Positions 1-12,320 of a stretch of 64,000 bases of DNA are shown here, in pieces. The DNA comes from Paraspadella gotoi. Taxonomy: Eukaryota; Animalia; Chaetognatha. A program made the translations under genes and the position numbers. Location of the stretch: assembly GCA_051294375.1 (NCBI GenBank), contig CM119270.1:5216152-5280151 (forward strand), written 5' to 3'. The first letter of the stretch is position 1. Every line of letters starts with the position of its first letter. The notes beneath the pieces are model-generated. The model had not been told where the DNA came from. It ran no database searches and worked only from the letters and a program-made list of their open reading frames with translations.

Positions 1-73
1 AGATGCGCAGGTGACAAAGGCCGAGGGTGAGGTAAACTGGAAAAAAGTGAGTTCAGCAGGCGTCGGAGACAAT

Positions 74-117
<44 letters not shown>

Positions 118-1079
118 TCTCTCTCTCAGCTTCCTCCCCCGCACAGGGATGGAAGAAAACACCGCTGGCGAACTCGCCAATGACATTCAACAGGCCTTTT
201 AAAATTGTGTGAGAGAGAGAGAGAGAGAGCGACAGAGAGTGAGAGAGAGAAAAGAGAAAATAGAAGAAAGCGGGGGAAAAAAACGAAAAAGGGGTCACGA
301 GAAAAAAAAAGCTAAAGAAAGAAATCAAAAAGGAAAATTAAGACGAGGATAAAAAAAAAGATTTAGAAAGGAAATGTTAAAGAAGAAGAAGACGCAGGTG
401 CGTCGATGCTTATGTGGCGCAACAAAGGAAGAAGAAAACAAAGAAGAAGAGAGAAGAAAAACAAAGGAGAGAAAGAAAGAAAGAAAGAAAGAAAGAATGA
501 ATGAAAGAAAGAAAGACAGAAAGAAAAGAGAGAAAGGAATATACTTAGTAAGAAAAATAAAAAGAGAGAAAGTAAAAAATCAAGAAAGAAAAAAAGGAAA
601 GAAAGGAGTGACAGGAAGAAACAGAGTAAAAAAAATTGAAAGAGAGAAAGTAAAAAATAAAGAAAGAAAGAAAGAAAGAAANNNNNNNNNNNNNNNNNNN
701 NNNNNNNNNNNNNNNNNNNNNNNNNNNNNNNNNNNNNNNNNNNNNNNNNNNNNNNNNNNNNNNNNNNNNNNNNNNNNNNNNNNNNNNNNNNNNNNNNNNN
801 NNNNNNNNNNNNNNNNNNNNNNNNNNNNNNNNNNNNNNNNNNNNNNNNNNNNNNNNNNNNNNNNNNNNNNNNNNNNNNNNNNNNNNNNNNNNNNNNNNNN
901 NNNNNNNNNNNNNNNNNNNNNNNNNNNNGAAAGAAAGAAAGAAAGAAAGTAAGAAAGAAAGAGAGAAAAAAGAAAAAGAAAAAGAAGTAAAAAAAATAGT
1001 TTCTCTTCCTCGCGACTTTTCAATTAAATTAAACCCTTAATATGTAAAAATGAAGAAGAGTTCATCCCAGGGGGATGTA

Positions 1080-1124
<45 letters not shown>

Positions 1125-1294
1125 CCTATTTTGGGACGTTTGACAGTTTGTGCCTTCTCAATAAACTCTCCACTTTATGTTTTCAGCCGGGCCCGAAACG
1201 TCAGCGCGAATTAGGAGAAGAAAATATAAACTGATTGGATTAAAATGAAAAGTGAAGTTAATTCAATAAAAGGAGAAGGAGAGCGGGAGAGAGC

Positions 1295-1330
<36 letters not shown>

Positions 1331-2815
1331 AAGAGTGAGGGTGAGAAAGAAGTAAAGAAAGAAAAAAGGCCAATTCATAAGTTATATAAAAAAAAAGGAA
1401 TACAACATAAAACGTACATTATAAGGCAATAATCATCCGTTCGAAAGTCGCTCCCTAAAACATCTGTCGGCAGAGACAGACATTAAAATCCTCGCGGAAA
1501 AAAAAAGAGGATTTTTAAAAAACGAAAAGAATTGAATTTAAAAATGGGACTAAAAACGACAGGTTGAATTATCGGCGGATCACTCTTACTCTACGACAAG
1601 AGGCTGATGACAAGAAAACTTAAAAATATCAGATTTTGAAAAACCGGAATTCACCCCCCCCCCGAAAACTTTACTTCGGTTTCGAACCTTTTTGACCCAC
1701 ATTTTTGGGGTTTTTCATTTTGATCCGATCAAATTAACCCTGAAGGTTTTATCGTCGAGTCTTTAAGTTATGTTTTATTAGGAGATAAACATTTTTTTTT
1801 AATTGGAATGTTTAATTGGAACTTCGATTAAATGAGTAGTTCAAGTTTTTTGAGTTTTAAACGTGGTAAACATTTTCTCGAAGGAAAATTTTGTTTTAAC
1901 AAATCTAACTGAAGCTGGTTTTAACATCGTCTAAGCTCATAGAACTAGATTTATATTAATTTCATTTCGATATTGATTTGATAAAAACGAATCTAGACCG
2001 ATTTTCTCATTCATTGACCATTCTTATTAATATATTCATACTCAAATTTAACTCGGCTTCATTATATTTCTCATCTCGNNNNNNNNNNNNNNNNNNNNNN
2101 NNNNNNNNNNNNNNNNNNNNNNNNNNNNNNNNNNNNNNNNNNNNNNNNNNNNNNNNNNNNNNNNNNNNNNNNNNNNNNNNNNNNNNNNNNNNNNNNNNNN
2201 NNNNNNNNNNNNNNNNNNNNNNNNNNNNNNNNNNNNNNNNNNNNNNNNNNNNNNNNNNNNNNNNNNNNNNNNNNNNNNNNNNNNNNNNNNNNNNNNNNNN
2301 NNNNNNNNNNNNNNNNNNNNAAGCGATAGAGCTGAGAAGATGGGGGACAATGGAAAAGTGAACAGGGAAAGGAAGGGGAGAATGATAGAGAAATAGGGGT
2401 TGGTTAGATTGAGAGAGGAAGAAAAAGGAAAGGGAAAGGTTGGGTAAAAAAAAGAAAGGAAAATTGGGGAAAAAAAGAGGGTTTATGACGAAGCGATACG
2501 AAACTTGTTTAAAGAGGAAAGGAAAAGAAAGAAGCAAAAACAAAAAATAATAAAAACAAATATATAATACAAATAAAGAAATAAAATAACCCAATCAAAG
2601 AGCCAGCAAGCGCGTGGATGGCAACCAAGCTCAAACCAAATGATCTTCCCCGTCTGCCCCTCTCTCTCTCTCTCTGTCTCCAAAAAAAGCGACATCAGTT
2701 TCTCGCCCCTTAAATATCAGGGACTCATCAACGATTGGGAGAGACAATTGGGACCATAGAAGGTAAGTAAATAATGACCCCTACCCTCGGGGCAAACGGC
2801 GCGTCATGATCGTCG

Positions 2816-2817
<2 letters not shown>

Positions 2818-2850
<33 letters not shown>
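2818..2850 (+). repeat. (GAC)11 microsatellite
   Basis: Perfect gac tandem run; it produces the poly-D in ORF 2806..3198. One of many GAC/GTC runs in the window. Confidence 0.95.
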
Positions 2851-3188
2851 AAGGGTTGCTTGTCCATCTCCGCTAATCGACTCCTAAAGATTTGCGCCAA
2901 TTTCGTTTTCCATCTGTCGTCTTTTATTCCCTTTTTTTTCCCATTTTTATTCCCTTCGATTTTCGATTTTCCATTTTGGANNNNNNNNNNNNNNNNNNNN
3001 NNNNNNNNNNNNNNNNNNNNNNNNNNNNNNNNNNNNNNNNNNNNNNNNNNNNNNNNNNNNNNNNNNNNNNNNNNNNNNNNNNNNNNNNNNNNNNNNNNNN
3101 NNNNNNNNNNNNNNNNNNNNNNNNNNNNNNNNCGAGGGAGTGGAGTACCGGGCGGGCACAGGAGCAGTCAAATTTTCATTTCGGACCG

Positions 3189-3377
3189 TTTCATTTAGGA
3201 ATTGTGAATGAAGGTAGGAAGAGTGATATATCTTATATCTTTTTATATTATATATATCTTATCTTTTTTTCTTGTAAGAGTGATAGAGGCCTTAAACCAC
3301 CAAAGCCTGTCTAAAGTCAGGGGCAAGAAAGCTTATTTATTAAATGAATAATAATTTTTATATTGGTTGTACCAATT
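3189..3377 (+). mobile_element. Dispersed repeat fragment, possibly an LTR 3' end; homologous to 59173-59352
   Basis: aaagcctgtctaaagtcaggggcaagaaagcttatttattaaatgaataataatttttatattggttgtaccaatt (3302-3377) aligns colinearly with aaagcctgtccgaagtcaggggtaattagcttgtttatcaaatgaataaaattttttttactggttgtaacaatt (59278-59352). Differences are mostly substitutions. Confidence 0.55.
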
Positions 3378-3941
3378 TCATATGATAGTGAAGAGTAACG
3401 AAGCGGTCACTGTGGGACCGCTGGTAATTGGAGAGGCATATGTGACGAGGAATTATCAACGATTGTAAATATGGAAATTTAAATGGACAACCTCTCAGAT
3501 TTTTAGAAACGTTTCATTTTATATATAAAATGTTGAAGTAATCCTTTCTTTTTCGTTGTTACTATTAATTAGAGAACAAAAACTTTGTCAATTCTCTAAT
3601 ATATAAAATATAAAAAGAAAAATTAGACGCGCGTTTCTTTCACCAACGGGAGAATGTTCGAATCGATAAACAGATGGCTCCATCTTCCTATTGTAACTCA
3701 AAACCCCAGACATTGCAAATCTGTAACCTCACTGACGTTCATGATGACCATTGGAAACAAAAGAACATCGAAACAGCGACATCCTTTTCTCTCATTTTTT
3801 TAATTCCACTCGACATAAAAAGAAGAAAAAAAAAGGCTTTTCTCTTTGCTCCTTCAGTCTCAGCAAAGACACCGACGCCATTTCCAACACCGCTCTTCCC
3901 CCATCTCAAACTGACANNNNNNNNNNNNNNNNNNNNNNNNN

Positions 3942-6900
3942 ATCTGATACCCCAATGGAACCCTACCTTGCTAACAGCTTGAAGACGGCCGTAAATTCCT
4001 CACTTCAGCTATCTGTCCAGGCCTTGAGGGCGTGAAAAAACCCTCAATGCCGCGGTTAGCACGCGCATGAAGAGGTCGCGATTTTCATGGTTGCTATTTC
4101 AGCGCGGTGTTCTACGGTCCTATAGTACGACTTCTCTTTGCATTGTAGTAGACTGTACCGCGCGTCCAGGTGTACTGGGTTATCGGTACCTTTAGTGGTC
4201 CGCTATCTTACCTATGTTAAGGTTGATGATCTTGTTGGGGCTTTTTAGGCAAAATGCGGCTTTGTTCATATTTTTTAAAAATGGTTTGGGTTTTTTAAAC
4301 TATTGCTTTTTTTCTTTGTTTTTTTCCGTTTCTTTTTGCTTTCATATCCAGTAAAACTTTTTGACCATTAATGTTTGTTTCTAAATAATATTTTAAGATA
4401 TATATAATTAATAAAAGTTACACCAACCAAAACAAACTGAAAAAGTTAGGTTAAACGAATTCTCTATTTTCAATTGATGTTTTATGGAATAAACAGATAA
4501 ATTAGAATTTGATATCTACGGGTGGTGGGTCGCATAAACCGGTAAGAATTTATATTTGACCATTGTTGTTCAAAAATAAGAAATTTAACAAGAACACGTT
4601 CTGCCACGATATTTAAAAGTTAAACGGACAGTTCCGACTTGGAGGCAGGCGACAGTGATGCACATACGCATCCATCTAATTTAAGATTTAAAATGACGCT
4701 GCCAGTATTCGGTATATTATTGGTGTTATCTAATTATCTTCTCCCTTTGCATTTGCATGAGCAATGAGGACAACATATCCATATAAAGTTTATCCGCGAA
4801 GTTATTTCGTACTTCCTCCTGCGTACACTTGTTATATTAATAAGGCTGGTCAGAATGTTCCATAATATTTGCCGATGAAGTCGTTAAGATCTATCTCTTT
4901 GACGAGCCGCTTAGATTGTGTTAGGACCGAAATCATCATCAGGCAAGGTTCTGTTGCCGAGAGGTGGATCGCGATGATAAAAGTTGTTTTTTTTTCCTGA
5001 AATTATCCCTTTCCGTTTCGTTTTGTTTCTCCTTCCTGCTTACGTTAATTCATTAAGACAAATACTTGTTTTTCTGGTTTCCGTATACCATGGTAATGAT
5101 TTACGCAGACCGGTTAATAATCAATAAAATTTATAATAAACAAAGTTATTCTTAATCTCGATTTCCCCCTAAAATGATTTTTAACAATATTATAAATTCT
5201 CTTAAGTCCTTAAATATTAAGAGAATGATATCTTTCAACTAGCTAACTAACATAAAATTCAGCTGCCGCCTTGTATCAAGTATGAGAAGAGTGAAAAGTA
5301 TTAATTAAAATTTAAAAATATTAAAAACAATATAATGACCGATGTTTTAACATGTGTAATATAAAATAATAACAAATGTCTTGGAATCAAATAAAAGAGG
5401 TCTATATGACGCTTGTTAGTAAATGAATCGGATGAATTTATTATAAAAATTAGTTATTGTATATTATATTATATAGTAATAATTATTCCATAAAATAAAT
5501 TAAATTAAATCTTTGTATAATAGGATATCTAATAGAAAAAGAATAAGAGAACAAAAGAAAATTTAAAGATAGACACATTAATAATTGTGAATTAGAATAA
5601 TAATATAGTCCCTCAAGACTATTTGGACTGGTAAATGAAAAGAATGTCTCATTTTTGAGTATACTATATAAATGTAATAGCTGGGCGAGCGTATTGCGCA
5701 CAGTAATAATTGTTCATTTTCTCTCTTAGCATTTTTAAGGGCTTTTCATGAGTATTAATAATGAATAATATATATTCAGTTTTCAATTTTTTCAGAAAGT
5801 AGTTGCTGATTATTGTAATGCGAAAAATAATCTATTAAAAGTAGTGTGTTTGAAAATCAGAGAAAGAAAATTCTCCAAGCTATCATTGTGAAGGAATTCA
5901 ACAGTCGATTAGGTTAAGATATAATTTGTATAAATAATAGTTTGGGATTTTTACTTTTACGCCATGATTGGTATGTCGACTCTCATAATTAACATTATTT
6001 GAGCAAAACAATGTAATTGCCCAGTCGGAAATTTAATAGGTAATATATAATTAAAATATAATGTTCTAAATAGGATTAAATTTATAATTAATTGAATATA
6101 ATGAGATTTTTTTCAAGTTAACATATTTAATTAATTAATATATAAATTTATTCAAGTTTATATTATTCTAGTATTCGGGCAATATCTAATTATTCTTGAT
6201 TCGTAGGAATGTTTGTTGATTTATTGAATGACTGATTAGTGTAATTATTGATTAATTTAACGACTGAGGTGTGAGTTTACTGATAATTATTTGATTTAAT
6301 TAAATACATTCTGCATTTACATTTAAAATAAAGGAAAAAGAAGCATAACTCAAATTAGTGAAAACGGTTCTTTGTTGTTTTTCTAATTTATTACTCTTTC
6401 CACTCAGATCTCTTAAAGGACGATTTTCCAATTGGATCGAAAGCATTTGTATCCAGCATCACTCCACTATCACGTCCCTACCCAATCCAACACAAAATTT
6501 CATTCCTACTCAGTCATCAGAGGTCCCAATGAGTAATTGTGGAGTATTTTTGCTAAGGTGGGAATCAGGGTTTAGAAAAATGAACAGGCGGTTTTTTTTC
6601 ACCAGCGGCTTGTAATATTGTCACAAGGTAGACCTCCTGGAGTGATATTAATCTCCAACTGACCAAAAGGCCGACAAACGGTCCAGTTAATGAGGAGATT
6701 TACGTTTTCCCTTTCAGTGAATAACGAGAGTCTCAGTTGTGAAAAGATAATGTCTTACCATTCCTAATGGCATGGAGTTATGAGTGTTTTTTCCATCGTC
6801 TGCGAACATTGTTGGTGGGCTACAGGGGCTGTCGAGGAAATGTAGACAGAACTCCATTTATAATATATAACTGTTCTGAAGTCTTGTCGACACAGCGCAT

Positions 6901-7910
6901 ATTGTCAATAATAAACTGAGAATACATATTTAGATGCGAACGAGGGTGCATTTCTTCGTCAGTTCCCTCTAATCATTTTACGACGAAAATTGAAACTAGT
7001 CAACTCCTCCAGACCGTGAGCTCGAGTCAAGCGCTCAACACAAAGGAAAGAAGTAGCTCATAGTTTATTGAAATATCTATTTAAATATTTATTATCTGCT
7101 CATCTTAATAAATACAAAATTACCTAGAATAATTCTTATAAAGTCTATTTTAAAAAAAGTTTAGGAGGCGGAGCTTGAGAGAGATTGTTTATCATGCCTT
7201 CCTGAAGCCGCGGTTGCTCGTCCGCAAGGGGGCATGGCTTTCGGATTTTAATAGGTTTCATCACGGTAAGTATTCTATGCTCGTTCGGGCCAATATAAAC
7301 ACTCTATATTAAAATTTAGATAACAACGCCCTTTGCTTTCTTCGGGATTTCTTTAAACGTTTAGATATATTACCTCAGCGGTCGACCTAAAACTTGAGGA
7401 TGTATGAGGGACGTCAACTGTAAGCTTTCGTAACTCTATTTTCGTTAACAAAATAGACATTCTTCGTCGGGCATGAAGGGAAATTTGACGTCTAAAAACG
7501 GACGTTCATTTGTTACGAAACAAGCAATAAAGCTTGAAATTTTATACCTTTTTTTTAGCTCAATAGGATATGAGAAACACCATGGGCTTTTCTCTCCATA
7601 TCATTTATATAAGTCAAAATGGACGTCTCTGGTGGTTTTATCTGTATTGAAGAATGAAGCTGGTTTAAATAACGTTTACGTAGTTTATCGAAGAGGGTCG
7701 AAACCAGTCAAATCTTCAAATGCATTTAATATTATGAAAATTGAAATATTCCGTCGCGCTCCACCTCGAGCCCTGCCCAGACCTCTATCACTTTCAGAAA
7801 CTACATATCATATTATACTATTTTTCATAAAGGCTGACCCATGGATTTATATAGAATCGATATATCAAGCGAAAACTTGATTCCACCCGTGAACGAAACG
7901 CACTGACATC
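3942..7910 (-). other. Noisy long-read fill; degraded inverted homolog of 43180-46620
   Basis: Follows a 25-N gap. The reverse complement of 7440-7900 matches 43200-43650 (e.g. acgggtggaatcaagttttcgcttga vs acgggtggatcaagtttttcgcttga). Patchier colinear matches at ~6600/44590, ~5730/44870, ~5660/45630 and ~4600/46340. Confidence 0.65.
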
Positions 7911-7919
7911 CTAATCCTA

Positions 7920-9638
7920 CCATTAATTAAACCTGAACAACACTCTTCCTGTGAGTGAAATTCTAACGGTCATTAAAAGCTTTTTTAAAATGATTTGAAT
8001 TTCTCTCTCTCTCTCTCTCTCCATTCTCTCTTTCCTCTCTCTTCTAATCCTATTCTCTCTCTCTCATTCTCTCTCTCTCATACTCATCTCTTTCATCCTC
8101 TTCGTTTCAACCAGCCCTCGGGTCGTGAGTCAAGCTGCCCGGGGTGTCGGGCATCTAGGATAGCATAACACTCTCGCATCGCGTCTCGGTTCAGCTACTT
8201 TACAGCCTCGGGGTCTCAAAACAGAGAAGGAAAGAAGTATATCATTTTAGATGAGTATGGACGTAATGGGCAAAGTTAATGTAAGAGAGGAGAGAGGATG
8301 AGAGGAGAGAGAGAGAGAGAGACGGAGAGTAGAGAGAGAGAGAGAGATATAAGAGAGAGAGATGAGGAGATGAAAAGTGGAGAATGAGAGGACAACAATA
8401 AGGAAGAAAAGTATGAGTAGGATATGAAAAAACTGGATTTTTCGCGATTGCTTTAGTTCCTGTCGTGTCGTCGTCGTCGTGCTTGTTTTGGTCTTCTGAA
8501 TAGATAGAAGCCATAAAAGTTGGCGCTGTTTCCCAGGCACTAATTTACCGAACGACGGACGAGAGGAGACGTACTGGGGGGGGAAGACAAAAAATTTAGT
8601 TGTGACGTACTACAACGAAACCGTCGCTTTTCGCAGTTTTTTTGAGCTTTGGTAGTCGCGGGCATATACGCGCTAGATTTGGGCGCGTTCCAGTTGATGG
8701 CGGATCGGTCGTCTCGTCGTCGTCGTCGTGTCCGTGTACGTGACGTCCTTTTCAGTTGTCGGATGAGAATTTGTAGGAACGATCATCGATCAGTTTTAGT
8801 CAACGAAAATAATTTCGAACAACAGAACATACGATTTTGTAAGAAAAAAAAATTAAAACAATTTGGAGAAACACATTCAAAAATGATCCTAAATAAATTA
8901 GTGTATTGTTTTTTTTGGGTTTCTTTTTTTTAGGAAATACATATTATATCGTATATTTCCCCCTTTTTTTTCATTTTTTGATGATAAATAACAATTTTGA
9001 AAGGCCAAAAAGTATGTTTTATAAAAGGCAATGGTTAATAATTTTTTGTCGTTGAACAAGATTCACGAATTTTCCATTTAGTTAAATTAATTATTAATCT
9101 CTCATTTTTATAAATTACAAAAGTACTAGACGTTAGATGAGTCTTGATTTTAAAGATTGAAAGCGGTTTTGGTCATACCAATATCGTAAGAAACTCAATC
9201 AACATTAAAGAAAACTTCTTTTTTTATTTCAAACTTCTTTAAAAGTTTTAACTTACTCAGAGATGTAATTGATTCATAACTGACGAAACATGTTAGGTGC
9301 ACAGCGAAAAAATCAGCACGAAAAACCAACTCACACACAAACATTGAACACCACGCACAAGTATATTCTCCTCTCAGACCCAAGAAGTCGCTATGGCGTT
9401 CGACCTGCGGCGGCAATTTGCGGTGACGCTTATCCTCCTCTCCTCTCTCTTCTTCTTCCCTCCTCTTCCTCCTTCCTCTCATTCCGCAAACCGAGCGGAT
9501 CATCGCGTCTTTTTCTCTGGAACAACACGACCACGAGAGAAAGCTAAGGCTAATGCTTTCTTTTTTTTTTTAGTTGCTCCTGGTCGAGACGCATTACGAG
9601 AAGAGAGAGAGAGAGAGGAAGAGAGAGAAGAGCGAGAG

Positions 9639-9686
<48 letters not shown>

Positions 9687-11320
9687 TCGAACCCGGTAAC
9701 AAACGAGAGATAAGAGCAGCGAAGGACAATAAATTAACAGGAATGAAGGTCCATTTAATTGATCGACTGTCAAAAAGAGTAGTTGTTTTTGTCTTCTCTC
9801 TTCATTTCTTTTTTTTTTCTTTCTTCTCTTTTCTCTTATCTTCCTTTCTTTTCTCCTTCTCTTCCTTTCTTTTCTTCTTACTTTTTCTTCGTCGTCGTTG
9901 TCGGGAGAGTTTTATTTCTCACATCGTCTCCGGAATCCGTCCCATTTTTGATTCCGTCAGATGATCTCTTCTCGTCTCTCTCTCGTTTGTTCTCTCTTCT
10001 CTTCTTTTTTTGTTCTCTCCTCTCTCCACCTTATTCCAGATCAGCTCTAAAAACTGATTAATAACAAGTGACGTAGAAAAATGAGGAAAAGATTTTTACA
10101 TTTCGGGGAAACCTATATTAAATCTAGCTATGAATAAATCATCGGGGGGGGGTTCAAAATGTTATTCTTGAGTCTACTTTTAGATAAAAATAATTTTTTA
10201 AAAATTTTCGATTTTAATGCTTTTATTTGTTGCTATAAAATTACAATATATATATATGATAAAAAAATTTTTTAATCACCTCTAACTTTTTTGATGGATT
10301 GATAGAGCATCAAAGTTAAATAAAAAATTTATACACTTTCAAATTTTATGTTTTCTTGTCAAAATTACGAAAAAGTATAAATTATCGAAAAATGAATGAT
10401 GATGATGATTATAATAGTGTTTTCATATTTTTCACATACTTATGATTAAAATGATCGAAAAAGAATTATACTTTGTTCAGACAACTTTTTTGCAAGCTAC
10501 CTGAATCTGATCTAAAATCAAAATCAAAAATTTTAGCCTTTCCTAATTTAAAATAATATTTAAAAATTAATATATTGAGTATGAAGTAATAAAATTTGTC
10601 TATTCAAATTTTTTTAAAATGTCTAAATTTCGTTTGAGAGGTGCTTAATTCATTTCTTAACACCTTACTGGTTGTCTCCCTACCTATATGAGGAACGAAC
10701 AGACGCAATCGTAAATCCCGTATTACTTAAAATTGTTTAATGATATAATTACTGAAACGATCTTTATGTCTACAGGTTCTTCTTTTTTTTTTATTCAAGG
10801 GTGTCAGAAAAAAAGATAGAGAAACTAATTGGAGAATAACTGATTACTCGCAAAAACCGGTTGGCATTTCCTCGGAAATGTCTCTAGTGCTGAAAGAAGA
10901 GTTAAAAAATTTGGATATAAGAATTCAAATTGATAGTTTCATTATTAAGAGCTTTATAAATATTTTTTATAGATGTTTTAATCATTCTATTTTTATTTTT
11001 TATTAATGTTTTATGTTTACTGCTTAATATTGAATTTTTAAAAATAAATTCTCTCTAATTTGGAGGGGGAATCTATACTACGCAGGATGAAATTCTTTCG
11101 GTCCAGTTTATAAATATAAATATGATAATACCTAAATCTCTGTTCAGAAAGAATTAAGCAGAATCTAAAACCAAGAAAAGCTGAACAGAAAAAGGGCAGA
11201 TATAACCTTTTGAGTAATTGTTTAGAACTAGAATATTATAATTGATTTAAAAATATAAAATTGCTCTTCTCTCTCTCTCTCTCTCTTCTCTCTTCTTCTC
11301 TCTCTCTATCTCTTCTCTCA

Positions 11321-11354
<34 letters not shown>

Positions 11355-11593
11355 CTGCTCTCTTTGCCTTTGTACCCTCTATGATCACTGATGGTATTCC
11401 TCCGTCTCGACATTTTTCCTTACCTCCCCGACTCGTTGTCATTAAGTCATCGTCGTCGTCGCCTCGTCAGTCGTCGTCATCATCGTATTTAAGCGCATCT
11501 TTTTTGCTCCAGTGTTTTGTCCTCAGTCCGTCCCCCCGTTGATCGCCTCAATTTTGACCATTTCTCATGTCGCCGGTAGATGTCGTCGTCTGT

Positions 11594-11634
<41 letters not shown>

Positions 11635-11640
11635 TGTCAA
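7920..11640 (-). repeat. Left arm of a large imperfect inverted duplication (partner 13150-16690)
   Basis: 7945 cttcctgtgagtgaaa vs 16648 tttcactcacaggaag; 9290 tgttaggtgcacagcgaaaaaatc vs ~15245-15270; 11480-11590 vs 13170-13275. Differences are mainly 1-bp indels. Confidence 0.9.
10119..10681. mobile_element. 563-bp AT-rich insertion (or deletion in the other copy) flanked by the direct repeat ACCTATAT
   Basis: ACCTATAT occurs at 10111-10118 and 10682-10689. The homologous site in the right arm (~14325-14345, rc gggaaacctatatgaggtaacg) has one copy and no insert. Confidence 0.6.
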
Positions 11641-11874
11641 CGTTTCGTCATCTGAAGATTGACCGAAGGAAGATTACCAAAGACTTGTTGTCATCGTCAT
11701 CGTCCGTCGTCGTCGTGCGTCGTCGTCGGTCTGTCACGCCACTCTAACTTCGAATCGTATTTGTTTTTTTTCTCTTATATCTCGATTTGACGTTGCCCGA
11801 GCCGCGAACAAAACCAATTCGTTGTTCTCGTTTAATTAGAGAATGAGAGAGAGAGAAGAGGAGAGAGAGAGGAG

Positions 11875-11937
<63 letters not shown>

Positions 11938-12320
11938 ATTTGCGACGATTCTTATCCATGAAAGAAGTCCAATCGGCTGTATATATTCTGATGATCGCTT
12001 ATTGGTAAAACAAGTTGTTGCGAAATACTGTTACGAATTATTTTCAAGAACCGACAAATATAAAGAATGCATATCTTCCCTTCGCCCGTGAGACGAAATG
12101 AGTTATTAATTGAAAAGAAAAGAAACAAAAGAAAAAAAAGGAAAAAGTTGGTATAATGAAAAGAAAAGACAAAAAGAAAAAAAGGCCAAAAAGAAAAAGG
12201 AAAGTGAAAGGAATCGCGCGTTGCTTGTTGTTCTGCCTTTTTTTTTTCGAGGGGGGGGGCGTGTGGGTAGGGGGTGGGGAGTGGGAGAGACAGAGGACGC
12301 TCTGGTTTATCAACGATCGC

